DNA of 64,000 bases from Comamonadaceae bacterium (GTDB lineage Bacteria > Pseudomonadota > Gammaproteobacteria > Burkholderiales > Burkholderiaceae_C): positions 11,053 to 75,052 of the forward strand of contig JAIYBB010000002.1 in assembly GCA_027488735.1 (NCBI GenBank), given 5' to 3'. Both the position numbers and the translations under genes were made by a program. This document shows positions 1 to 8,305 of the stretch, piece by piece. Positions within the stretch are counted from its first letter, which is position 1. The number at the start of each line of letters is the position of its first letter. The notes beneath the pieces were generated by a model. The model did no database searches. It saw nothing but the letters and a program-made list of their open reading frames with translations, and was not told the origin of the DNA.

Positions 1-372
1 ACTTTGGTCGAGCGAGGTTTTCGCATCGTCAGCGGGCGCACCGAAAGCCACGTCATGCTGGTGGATTTGCGGGCCAAAGGCATCACCGGCAAAGCTGCCG
101 AAATCGCATTGGGTCAGGCACACATCACCTGCAACAAGAACGGCATTCCCAATGACCCGGAAAAACCCATGGTCACCAGTGGCATCCGCTTAGGCACACC
201 TGCCATGACAACGCGCGGCTTTGGCCAGGTACAAGCACGCATGACCGCACATTTGATTGCAGATGTGCTTGAGGCGCCCGAAGACAGCGCCCACATCGCC
301 AAAGTACTCGCCAAAGTGGCTGATTTGGTGGCGCCGTTTCCTGTTTATGGCAAGACCGTTTTGCATCCCTGA
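1..372 (+). CDS. glyA: Serine hydroxymethyltransferase, C-terminal part (5' end upstream of window)
   Basis: Frame open from base 1 to TGA 370-372. Translation ...HVMLVDLR...[33 protein letters not shown]... is the conserved SHMT C-terminal domain. Confidence 0.9.
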   Translation, partial: TLVERGFRIVSGRTESHVMLVDLRAKGITGKAAEIALGQAHITCNKNGIPNDPEKPMVTSGIRLGTPAMTTRGFGQVQARMTAHLIADVLEAPEDSAHIAKVLAKVADLVAPFPVYGKTVLHP

Positions 373-446
373 TGCAGGTTTAGCGCAGCAGTTGTTTTTT
401 CAGTTCAAGCAAATCCGAAACCGTTTATCTATCAAAGGGAGTTCAT

Positions 447-1700
447 ATGGCTGGTCGTAATTTCTTATTTGTCCCCGGTCCCACCAACGTGCCAGAGCGT
501 ATCCAACGCGCCATGATGGTTTCCATGGAGGATCACCGCTCACCCAATTTCCCCCACCTGACCCATGCCATCATGGCCGGTTTGAAGGATATTTTTCGCA
601 GTAAAAACGGCACGCCGTTTGTTTTCCCCTCGTCTGGCACCGGTTGCTGGGAAGCCGCGCTGACCAATACCTTGTCCCCGGGCGACAAAGTGCTGGCAGC
701 GCGTTTTGGCCAGTTCAGCCATTTGTGGATTGACATGTGCCAACGCCTCGGCTTGGACGTGCACATCGTCGAATGCGAATGGGGCACGGGCGTACCGCTG
801 CAACAATTCGCGGACATTTTGAAAAGCGATACCCAACACCAGTTCAAAGCGGTGCTGGCCTGCCACAACGAAACCGCAACAGGTGTGACCTCTGACATCG
901 CCGGTGTGCGTGAGGCATTGGACGATGCTGCGCATCCCGCATTGCTGTTTGTCGATTGTGTGTCCTCGTTGGGTTGTATCGATTTCCGTTTCGACGAATG
1001 GGGCGTTGACATGGCGGTCAGTGGCTCACAAAAAGGATTGATGCTGCCCGCCGGTCTGGGTATTTTGTGTGCCAGCTCGAAGGCACTCGACATGCATAAA
1101 ACCGCCACACTCAAGCGCGCATATTTTGATTTGCAAGACATGTTGCAAAGCAATGCCACGGGTTACTTTCCCTACACACCTGCGTTGACGCTGATGTACG
1201 GCCTGATTGAATCCATGAAAATGATTCAAGAAGAAGGTTTGGACAATGTGTTTGCGCGCCATCACTACCTGGCAGAAGGTGTGCGTGCAGCGGTGACGCA
1301 AGGTTGGCAGCTCAAGCTGTGTGCAGCTGAGGCCAAGTGGTATTCCGATACAGTAACGGCGGTAATGTTGCCTGAAGGCATTGCAGGCACAGAAGTGATT
1401 GCGCGCGCATACCGTCGCTACAACTTGTCCTTGGGCGGCGGCTTGTCTAAAGTGGCTGGTAAGTTGTTTCGCATCGGCCACTTGGGCGACATGAACGAAG
1501 TGCATCTGATGGCCGCGATCAGCGGTGCTGAAATGGCCATGCTAGATTGTGGCGTGAAGGTGCAGCCTGGCAGTGGCGCGGCAGCAGCGGGCAATTACTG
1601 GCGTCAACATGCCGCACCTGCAGGATTGGGTGCTCCTGTGATCAGCAAGGATGAACATGCAAAAAATCGTATTTCTGGACAGGCAATCGTTAAGGGCTGA
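447..1700 (+). CDS. Class V aminotransferase, serine--glyoxylate / alanine--glyoxylate aminotransferase-like
   Basis: 417-aa ORF with ATG 447 preceded by AAAGGGAG. N-terminus GRNFLFVPGPTNVPERI and SGSQKGLMLPAGLG (PLP-lysine region) are typical of this family. Confidence 0.85.
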   Translation: MAGRNFLFVPGPTNVPERIQRAMMVSMEDHRSPNFPHLTHAIMAGLKDIFRSKNGTPFVFPSSGTGCWEAALTNTLSPGDKVLAARFGQFSHLWIDMCQRLGLDVHIVECEWGTGVPLQQFADILKSDTQHQFKAVLACHNETATGVTSDIAGVREALDDAAHPALLFVDCVSSLGCIDFRFDEWGVDMAVSGSQKGLMLPAGLGILCASSKALDMHKTATLKRAYFDLQDMLQSNATGYFPYTPALTLMYGLIESMKMIQEEGLDNVFARHHYLAEGVRAAVTQGWQLKLCAAEAKWYSDTVTAVMLPEGIAGTEVIARAYRRYNLSLGGGLSKVAGKLFRIGHLGDMNEVHLMAAISGAEMAMLDCGVKVQPGSGAAAAGNYWRQHAAPAGLGAPVISKDEHAKNRISGQAIVKG

Positions 1701-2604
1701 GCTGCGAGCGCCGTCGTTTGCGCACGAATGGACAGAGCATGTGCAAACCCGACCCGATCAAGTGGTCGAGCGTTTGCAGCATGCGACCGTTGCCATCAGC
1801 AACAAAGTGCCGATTCGCCGCGACACGCTGGCTCAGTTACCAAACCTCAAGTTGATCGCCATGGCCGCCACCGGCTATGACGTGATCGACATAGACGCCT
1901 GCCGCGAGCACGGTGTGGCCGTCGCCAATATCCGCAACTATGCGGTGCATACCGTGCCCGAGCATGCGTTTGCATTGATATTTGCTTTGCGTCGTAATTT
2001 GATGGCTTACCGTGACGACGTATTGAACGGCCGCTGGCAAACCGAAGAGCAGTTTTGTTTCTTCGATTACCCGATCCAAGATTTGCATGGCAGCACGCTG
2101 GGCATTTTTGGCGAAGGTGTGTTGGGCCAAGCCACCGCCAACATTGCGCGCGCCTTAGGCATGAAAGTGCTGTTTGCCGACCATGCGCCGCCCAAAGCGG
2201 CTGGCGTGGATTTTGTGTCTCCCGAGCAAGTGTTTGCCGAGTCCGACATCATCAGTTTGCACTGCCCGCTGACCCCTGCTTCTCGGCATTTCATTGGCAT
2301 GCCGCAATTGCAGCAAATGAAGCGCAGCGCCTTGCTGATCAACACCTCGCGCGGCGGTTTGGTGGATGAACAAGCCCTGAAAACAGCGCTTGAAACCGGT
2401 GTGATCGCCGGTGCCGGGTTTGATGTGTTGACGCAAGAGCCGCCGAAAAACGGTAATCCGTTGCTCGAGATCAAAACACCGAATTTCATTCTTACGCCAC
2501 ATGTGGCTTGGGCTTCGCAACAGGCCATGCAGTTTTTGGCGAACCAGTTGATAGACAACATCGAAGCGTTTGTAGCCCACAAGCCGCAACATTTGGTGAC
2601 TTGA
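1651..2604 (+). CDS. D-isomer-specific 2-hydroxyacid dehydrogenase (glycerate dehydrogenase / hydroxypyruvate reductase-like)
   Basis: 317-aa ORF with motifs GIFGEGVLGQ (NAD fold), LINTSRGGLVDE and TPHVAWAS. Start at ATG 1651 or 1657 overlaps the upstream gene by 44-50 nt. Confidence 0.85.
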   Translation: MNMQKIVFLDRQSLRAELRAPSFAHEWTEHVQTRPDQVVERLQHATVAISNKVPIRRDTLAQLPNLKLIAMAATGYDVIDIDACREHGVAVANIRNYAVHTVPEHAFALIFALRRNLMAYRDDVLNGRWQTEEQFCFFDYPIQDLHGSTLGIFGEGVLGQATANIARALGMKVLFADHAPPKAAGVDFVSPEQVFAESDIISLHCPLTPASRHFIGMPQLQQMKRSALLINTSRGGLVDEQALKTALETGVIAGAGFDVLTQEPPKNGNPLLEIKTPNFILTPHVAWASQQAMQFLANQLIDNIEAFVAHKPQHLVT

Positions 2605-2648
2605 CCACGGGATAGGCACGCATTGCGCGTGCCCATGCAGTGCGCAGA

Positions 2649-3569
2649 TTATTCGCCGTCGTTGACAGGTTGTTTTTGCAAAGCCAAGGCATACAAAGCA
2701 TTGCGTGGTGCGCCGCTGATATCTGCGGCCAGCCTCACCGCGGTTTTCACTGGCAATTCAGACAAAAGCAAATCTAATATCCGCTCGGCATGCAACAACC
2801 GATCGGGCTGTGGCAGCAAGGCATGCAGCACCAAAGCAAATTCTCCTTTGCTGCGTTGTGAGTCGGCTTGCAACCATGGGTGAAATGACTGCGCTGGCAG
2901 GCTTGTGACTTCTTCAAATTGCTTGGTCAATTCACGCCCGACGGTTAACAAGCGGTCACTGCACACCGCCAAATCTTTGGCCAGCGCTTCGATGCGGTGG
3001 GGGGCTTCTAAAAACACCTGTGCCCTGGGTTCTGCCGCCATCTGGCGCAACTGGTTTTGGCGCTCTGTGGCTTTGGCTGACAAGAAACCCACGAAGACAA
3101 ACCCACTGTCTTGTACACAGCCGCTGACACTGAGCAAGGCTGTGACGCTGCTAGCGCCCGGCAAGGGCATGGTGCGAAAACCGGCTTGTCTGACCAGCGC
3201 CACCAAACGTGCACCGGGGTCGCTCACGCCAGGTGTACCTGCATCACTTAAATAGACCACCCGTTTGCCCTGTTGCAAATGCACAATCACTTGCTCGGCT
3301 GCCGAGGCTTCGTTGTGCTGATGCACTGCCAGCCAAAGGCTGCCGGTTTTGTCCACGCCATATTGGCGCAGCAGCATTTGGCTGTGGCGAGTGTCTTCGC
3401 AGGCCAGCACATCGGCCAGTTGCAGCAGGTACAAGCTGCGCAAGCTGATGTCCGCCAAGTTGCCAATTGGCGTAGCCATCACATACAAACAAGCCCCTGG
3501 GTGTTCTTGGCCTTCACAGGCGGCAAGCGCCGCCGGGAGCGCAGCTTCAAAGCGATGATTCAATGGCAA
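2649..3569 (-). CDS. rsmI: 16S rRNA (cytidine1402-2'-O)-methyltransferase RsmI
   Basis: LYVMATPIGNLADISLRSL..LACEDTRHS..YLSDAGTPGVSDPG..LPGASSV matches RsmI along its length. Start is uncertain: TTG 3569/3563 or ATG 3479. The 434-aa ORF to 3953 is an artefactual extension over yraN. Confidence 0.85.
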   Translation of the reverse strand: MPLNHRFEAALPAALAACEGQEHPGACLYVMATPIGNLADISLRSLYLLQLADVLACEDTRHSQMLLRQYGVDKTGSLWLAVHQHNEASAAEQVIVHLQQGKRVVYLSDAGTPGVSDPGARLVALVRQAGFRTMPLPGASSVTALLSVSGCVQDSGFVFVGFLSAKATERQNQLRQMAAEPRAQVFLEAPHRIEALAKDLAVCSDRLLTVGRELTKQFEEVTSLPAQSFHPWLQADSQRSKGEFALVLHALLPQPDRLLHAERILDLLLSELPVKTAVRLAADISGAPRNALYALALQKQPVNDGE

Positions 3570-3964
3570 CCTTTCAACATGAACACCAGCCAACGGTGTC
3601 AACAGATAAGCGCAGCAGCAAACGCAAGGGCGATGCAGCCGAGGACGAGGCCTTGGCATTCTTGCAAACCCAAGGATTGCAGTTGCTGCAGCGCAATTAC
3701 CGCACACCCGGGCGTGGCGGCGGCGAGATAGACCTGATTGTGCGCGACGGCCATGGCACAGTGGTGTTTGTCGAAGTCCGCAGCCGCAGTCGCGCCGGCT
3801 TCGGTGGGGCGCTGGCCAGTATCGGCGCCACCAAACGCCAGCGCATTGTCTACGCGGCACGTTGCTATCTGGGCCGCATGAAACATTTGCCGGCCTGCCG
3901 CTTTGATGTGGTGGTGGTTCAGTCGGGCGAGCTGCAATGGATAAAAGCGGCATTTGGGTGTTGA
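3563..3964 (+). CDS. yraN: YraN family (UPF0102) endonuclease-like protein
   Basis: 133-aa ORF. GGGEIDLIVRDGHGTVVFVEVRSRS...CRFDVVVV..ELQWIKAAF is the YraN signature. Divergent from rsmI, as in many proteobacteria. Confidence 0.85.
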   Translation: MATFQHEHQPTVSTDKRSSKRKGDAAEDEALAFLQTQGLQLLQRNYRTPGRGGGEIDLIVRDGHGTVVFVEVRSRSRAGFGGALASIGATKRQRIVYAARCYLGRMKHLPACRFDVVVVQSGELQWIKAAFGC

Positions 3965-4017
3965 TAATCTTTCAGCACGATCGCGAGGCCGTCATATTGC
4001 AAAGGTATGATCGTGCC

Positions 4018-4617
4018 ATGCTAGAACAACGCATTGAACAGCAGTTCATCGATAGCGCCGACTTGAAGTACCAAGCCGCGCAAGTTTTGAGCAAGCCCAT
4101 GGCGGCGGCTGTTCAATCTATTTTGGTCAGCGTCACGGGCGGCGGAAAAGTCTTGGCTTGCGGCAATGGGGGGTCGGGCGCATTGGCACAGTTGTTTGCC
4201 GCCACCTTTGTCGGACACCACGAGCGCGAGCGGCCAGAACTGGGCGCTATTGCCTTGAATACCGACGCGGTGCTGCTGACTGGCGCTGCAAACAATTACG
4301 GTTTCGAACAGGTGTTTGCCAAACAGGTTCGTGCATTGGGCCAACCGGGTGATGTGTTGTTGGTGGTGTCTGCCAGCGGTCAGGCAGACAACTTATTACA
4401 AGCGATACGCGCAGCGCACGAGCGCGAATTGTCGGTCGTGGCTTTGACGGGTCAAAGCGGCGGCAAGATCCGACAGGAGTTGCGCGAAACCGATGTACAT
4501 ATTTGTGTGCCGAGCGACAAAGCGGTGCGCATACAAGAGGTTCATTTGCTGGTTTTGCACGGTTTGTGTGACGGAGTGGACAGTCAATTATTGGGTGAAC
4601 AGGAGACTACAGAATGA
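4018..4617 (+). CDS. SIS-domain protein, DiaA / phosphoheptose isomerase family
   Basis: MLEQRIEQQF...KVLACGNGGSGALAQ...DVLLVVSASGQ...VVALTG..GG are SIS-fold motifs. Conserved position between yraN and a BON-domain gene. Start is taken at the internal ATG 4018. Confidence 0.8.
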   Translation: MLEQRIEQQFIDSADLKYQAAQVLSKPMAAAVQSILVSVTGGGKVLACGNGGSGALAQLFAATFVGHHERERPELGAIALNTDAVLLTGAANNYGFEQVFAKQVRALGQPGDVLLVVSASGQADNLLQAIRAAHERELSVVALTGQSGGKIRQELRETDVHICVPSDKAVRIQEVHLLVLHGLCDGVDSQLLGEQETTE

Positions 4618-5255
4618 AATTTGTACATTTACGAACCACAAGTGCTGTGCTGGTGTTGGCGACATGCATGACGGCATGCGCACCCTTTTTGGTCGCTGGC
4701 GTGGCGGGCTCTGCCCTGGTTGCCACCGACCGCCGCACATCAGGCACTCAACTCGAAGACGAAACCATCGAATTACGTGGCTCAGCCAAAGTACGCGATA
4801 TGTTTGGTGAGAAAGTGCATGTCAATGTCACCAGTTACAACCGCCAAGTGCTGCTCACGGGTGAGGTTCCCTCAGACCGAGAGCGCCAAGCTGTGGCCGC
4901 TATTGTGGAAAAAGTGGAAAACGTGAAGTCGGTAGCGAATGAGTTGTCTGCCATGCCCAATGCCAGTTTAGGCAGTCGTTCCAATGATTTGGTCATCACC
5001 GGCAAAATCAAAGCTACCTTGATCGACAGCCGCGATTTATTCGCCAATGCTTTCAAAGTGGTGACAGAACGCAATACGGTGTATCTGATGGGGCGCGTGA
5101 CGCAACGCGAAGCGGACAGCGCCACAGCGCTGATTCGCAATGTAGGCGGCGTCAACAAAGTGGTGCGCATGTTTGAAATCATCTCTGAAGAAGAGTTGCG
5201 TCGCCAGCTGCCCACACCCTCTGAAAAAGCAGACGCGGACAAAGCCAAAAAATAA
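4614..5255 (+). CDS. BON-domain periplasmic lipoprotein (YraP/OsmY family)
   Basis: Lipobox-like N-terminus LATCMTAC. Two BON-like repeats (VHVNVTSYNRQVLLTGEV and FKVVTERNTVYLMGRV). ATGA overlap with the upstream gene. Confidence 0.8.
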   Translation: MKFVHLRTTSAVLVLATCMTACAPFLVAGVAGSALVATDRRTSGTQLEDETIELRGSAKVRDMFGEKVHVNVTSYNRQVLLTGEVPSDRERQAVAAIVEKVENVKSVANELSAMPNASLGSRSNDLVITGKIKATLIDSRDLFANAFKVVTERNTVYLMGRVTQREADSATALIRNVGGVNKVVRMFEIISEEELRRQLPTPSEKADADKAKK

Positions 5256-5278
5256 TCTCAGACGGTTGTATGGCTCAC

Positions 5279-5308
5279 AAGCCACGTCTTATCAGGCGTG
5301 GCTTTTTT
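5279..5308 (+). terminator. Rho-independent terminator after the BON gene
   Basis: Stem AAGCCACG (5279-5286) / CGTGGCTT (5297-5304) followed by a T-run to 5308. Confidence 0.6.
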
Positions 5309-5313
5309 GATGG

Positions 5314-6219
5314 TCAACGCAAACGTTTGATCAAGCTGGAGGTGTCCATGCGGTTGCCGCCCATGGCTTGCACATCCGCATAAAACTGGTCCACCAAAGC
5401 GGTGACTGGCACGCGAGCGCCATTGCGTTTGGCCTCGTCCATCACCAACCCTAAGTCTTTGCGCATCCAGTCCACGGCAAAGCCGAAATCGAATTTATCA
5501 GCCACCATGGTTTTGCCTCGGTTGTCCATTTGCCAGCTTTGCGCCGCGCCTTTGCCGATGACGTCGAGCACCTGCTCCATGTTCAAACCGGCTTTTTGGC
5601 CGAAGGCCACACCTTCAGACAAGCCTTGAACCAGAGCGGCGATGCAAATTTGGTTGACCATTTTGGTGAGTTGACCAGCACCGCTGTCGCCCATCAAGGT
5701 GAAGGCTTTGGAGAAGGCCATGCCCACGGGTTTGGCTCGCTCGAAAGCGGCCGCTTCACCGCCGCACATGACGGTGAGCATGCCGTTGATGGCACCGGCT
5801 TCGCCACCTGACACGGGAGCGTCGACAAAATGCACGCCTTGGGCAATGGCCGCTGCAAACAACTCGCGCGCCACATCGGCGGAGGCGGTGGTGTGATCAA
5901 TCAGCAATGCGCCGCTTTTTGTACCGGCCAATGCGCCGTCGGCGCCGAGCATGACGGCGCGCAAATCGTTGTCGTTGCCGACGCAGCAAAACACCATGTC
6001 AGCGCCAAGGGCTGCTTCGCGGGGTGTGGCGGCTGAGGTGTGGCCGGGAAATTCGGCACACCATGCTTTGGCTTTGGCGGGGTTGCGGTTGTAGACGGTG
6101 ACGTGGTGGCCGGCGAGTGCCAAGTGTCCGGCCATGGGGTAGCCCATGACGCCCAAGCCGATGAAGGCGACTTTGGTGGCTGCGCAGGGTTCGTAGGTTT
6201 TGGGGTTGGTGCGGGGCAT
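5314..6219 (-). CDS. NAD(P)-dependent oxidoreductase, 3-hydroxyisobutyrate / tartronate-semialdehyde reductase family
   Basis: VAFIGLGVMGYPMAGHL Rossmann motif, with family-wide similarity beyond it (DAPVSGG..GA, GAGQ..K..NQ). Start is taken at ATG 6219 (MPRTNPK...). The longer ORF to 6381 runs through a non-coding hairpin. Confidence 0.8.
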   Translation of the reverse strand: MPRTNPKTYEPCAATKVAFIGLGVMGYPMAGHLALAGHHVTVYNRNPAKAKAWCAEFPGHTSAATPREAALGADMVFCCVGNDNDLRAVMLGADGALAGTKSGALLIDHTTASADVARELFAAAIAQGVHFVDAPVSGGEAGAINGMLTVMCGGEAAAFERAKPVGMAFSKAFTLMGDSGAGQLTKMVNQICIAALVQGLSEGVAFGQKAGLNMEQVLDVIGKGAAQSWQMDNRGKTMVADKFDFGFAVDWMRKDLGLVMDEAKRNGARVPVTALVDQFYADVQAMGGNRMDTSSLIKRLR

Positions 6220-6303
6220 GGCTGTGTCCTTGTGTTTTTCTGATCTTAATGTGTCGGTCGTGGTGCTGGATGTGGGGGCGCGGTCTGTGGTGCTGCTGGA
6301 TTT

Positions 6304-6382
6304 GGTGGTGTGGGCTGTAGGGGCGGGGCCTCCTCCACACTTACGTAACGTCGTCAGCCCCGCCCCCACAGCCCACACCACC
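6304..6382. repeat. Long imperfect inverted repeat (26-bp arms, 27-nt loop)
   Basis: GGTGGTGTGGGCTGTAGGGGCGGGGC (6304-6329) pairs with GCCCCGCCCCCACAGCCCACACCACC (6357-6382) with one mismatch. Confidence 0.8.
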
Positions 6383-6503
6383 TCGAGTCACACAGTACGT
6401 AACGTCGTCAGTTCTGTCACTAAAGCCCGCACTCAAGTGCATCATCGCGCGCAATACACACAGCCCGCACCACCTCGATTCACACATTCCGTATCGTTGT
6501 CAG
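6371..6503. repeat. Direct repeats of a ~41-nt unit ending (T)ACGTAACGTCGTCAG
   Basis: 6371-6411 and 6463-6503 align with about 7 mismatches. A third partial copy lies at 6335-6357, inside the hairpin loop. Confidence 0.7.
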
Positions 6504-6517
6504 CTCCGAACTAAGCT

Positions 6518-7573
6518 TCATGACACATGACGTGCCGCCTCTTCGGCAGTGATCACGTTTGAAATCATTAATTTCTCAATCGACTGCGCCATGGTTTGCA
6601 TGCCAAACTGCGCGCCAGTTTGCAACGCATTAGGCAGTTGCGCAGTTTTGCTCTCGCGAATCAGGTTGCGCACCGCCGGTGTGGCGTACAACACTTCATG
6701 CGCGGCGACGCGGCGTTGACCATCCGCGTGCAAGCACAAAGTTTGCGTGATGACCGCCAACAGGGACAAACTGAGTTGGCTGCGCACCAAGGCTTTTTCC
6801 TCGGCCGGAAACACATCAACCAGTCGCTCCACCGCTTGCGTGGCACTTCGCGTGTGCAAGGTGGCCAATACCAAATGCCCGGTTTCGGCGGCGCTCAGCG
6901 CGAGGCGAATGGTGGTCAGGTCGCGCAACTCGCCAACCATGATGACGTCTGGGTCCTGCCGCAAGGCTGCGCGCAATGCCGTATCAAAGCTGTGACTATG
7001 GCCGGGCACGGCACGTTGTTGCACCAAACTTTTCGCGCTGGCATGTTCAAACTCGATCGGGTCTTCGAGTGTGAGTATGTGAAGCGCTTGCGTGGTGTTG
7101 ATGTGGTGAAGTAGTGACGCCAAGGTGGTGGATTTGCCCGAACCGGTAGCGCCGGTAACCAGTAGCAAACCGTGGGGTTGCTGCACCCAATCACGCAGCA
7201 CCGCAGGTGCGCCTGTGTCAGCTAAGGCCGGGATGCGTGAGGGAATCGCGCGCCACACCGAGGACCAGCCGCGTTGTTGCCCGAACACGTTGACACGAAA
7301 GCGGCCCAGTTCGGGCACTGACACTGCGGTGTCGTGGTCTTGGCTGTGCTTATCGTTAACGTGTGCATCGGACACAGCGCGAGATGCCAAAGGCCAATCA
7401 GGCAATGCACTGGCAAGCAGTGTGTGCATGCTGTCCGCACTGACGGGCGCAGCGTCCAGCGCTTGCAATTGCCCGAGGCGGCGCACCATGGGCGGCAGGC
7501 CGGCGCTCAGGTGCAGGTCCGAGGCGCCTAAGTGGCGCGTGTGTGAAAGCCATTCGAGCAAAAGCGGGTTCAT
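6518..7573 (-). CDS. pilT: Type IV pilus twitching-motility ATPase PilT family
   Basis: ASDLHLSAGLPPM, Walker A GATGSGKSTT, TLEDPIEF, DPDVIMVGELRD, AAETGHLVLATLHT. Start is taken at ATG 7573 (MNPLLLEW). Confidence 0.9.
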   Translation of the reverse strand: MNPLLLEWLSHTRHLGASDLHLSAGLPPMVRRLGQLQALDAAPVSADSMHTLLASALPDWPLASRAVSDAHVNDKHSQDHDTAVSVPELGRFRVNVFGQQRGWSSVWRAIPSRIPALADTGAPAVLRDWVQQPHGLLLVTGATGSGKSTTLASLLHHINTTQALHILTLEDPIEFEHASAKSLVQQRAVPGHSHSFDTALRAALRQDPDVIMVGELRDLTTIRLALSAAETGHLVLATLHTRSATQAVERLVDVFPAEEKALVRSQLSLSLLAVITQTLCLHADGQRRVAAHEVLYATPAVRNLIRESKTAQLPNALQTGAQFGMQTMAQSIEKLMISNVITAEEAARHVS

Positions 7574-7603
7574 GCGTGGCGGTTGCTTGTTACAGTTAGC
7601 CAC

Positions 7604-8296
7604 ATGATGAGTGAGATTCAACAGCGTTACCAAGCCGTGTGTGAACGCATCACACAAGCGGCGTTGCAAGCAGGCCGAGCGGCAGCACAAGTGCAGTTGC
7701 TGGCGGTGTCCAAAACCTTTGCCGCTGAGCAAGTGCGCGAAGTGGCCGCTTTAGGGCAACGCGATTTCGGCGAAAACTATGTGCAAGAAGGCGTGGACAA
7801 AATCATTGCATTGAAAGATGTGCCCAGCTTGGTGTGGCATTGCATAGGGCCTTTGCAAAGCAACAAGACGCGACCGGTGGCCGAGCATTTCGATTGGGTG
7901 CACAGCGTCGATCGTTTGAAAATCGCGCAACGCTTGAGCGAGCAACGACCGGCAGATTTACCGCCGCTGAATATTTGTTTGCAAGTGAACATTGACGGCG
8001 GCCCGACCAAAGCCGGTGTGTCATCAAGCGATGCGCTGGCGCTGGCGCAGGCTGTGTCAGCTTTGCCGCGTTTGGTGTTGCGCGGCCTGATGACGATTCC
8101 CGATCCTGTGGATGGTTTTGACGCACAAGTGGCGGTGCATCTGCAAGCCAAGCGATTGTTTGAAGACTTGCATGCGGCGCTCGCTTTGCCTCAGTTTGAT
8201 ACCTTGTCTATGGGCATGAGCGCTGACTTGGAAGCGGCGGTTAAGGCCGGTAGCACCATGGTGAGGGTGGGGACGGCGGTGTTTGGAAGACGTTAA
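7604..8296 (+). CDS. yggS: YggS family pyridoxal-phosphate homeostasis protein
   Basis: LLAVSKT (PLP lysine), FGENYVQEG, WHCIGPLQSNK, TLSMGMSADLEAAV..GSTMVR.G. Start is ATG 7604/7607 (the ORF opens at 7583). Confidence 0.9.
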   Translation: MMSEIQQRYQAVCERITQAALQAGRAAAQVQLLAVSKTFAAEQVREVAALGQRDFGENYVQEGVDKIIALKDVPSLVWHCIGPLQSNKTRPVAEHFDWVHSVDRLKIAQRLSEQRPADLPPLNICLQVNIDGGPTKAGVSSSDALALAQAVSALPRLVLRGLMTIPDPVDGFDAQVAVHLQAKRLFEDLHAALALPQFDTLSMGMSADLEAAVKAGSTMVRVGTAVFGRR

Positions 8297-8305
8297 CTTA
8301 CTCTT

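Noticed and set aside
2615-2633. Hairpin GGCACGC-ATTGC-GCGTGCC between the convergent dehydrogenase and rsmI genes, as a possible terminator
   Set aside because: There is no flanking U-tract on either strand. It may still act as a bidirectional stop, but the evidence is insufficient to list it as a feature.
2649-3953. 434-aa version of the rsmI ORF
   Set aside because: The first ~130 codons are Arg/Cys/Pro-rich nonsense and overlap the well-supported divergent yraN gene. RsmI homology begins only around ...GACLYVMATPIGNL.
5314-6381. 355-aa version of the oxidoreductase ORF
   Set aside because: The N-terminal 54 codons run through the 26-bp-arm hairpin and repeat region and are Thr/Ser/Gly low-complexity. 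The Rossmann motif follows ATG 6219 at the expected distance.
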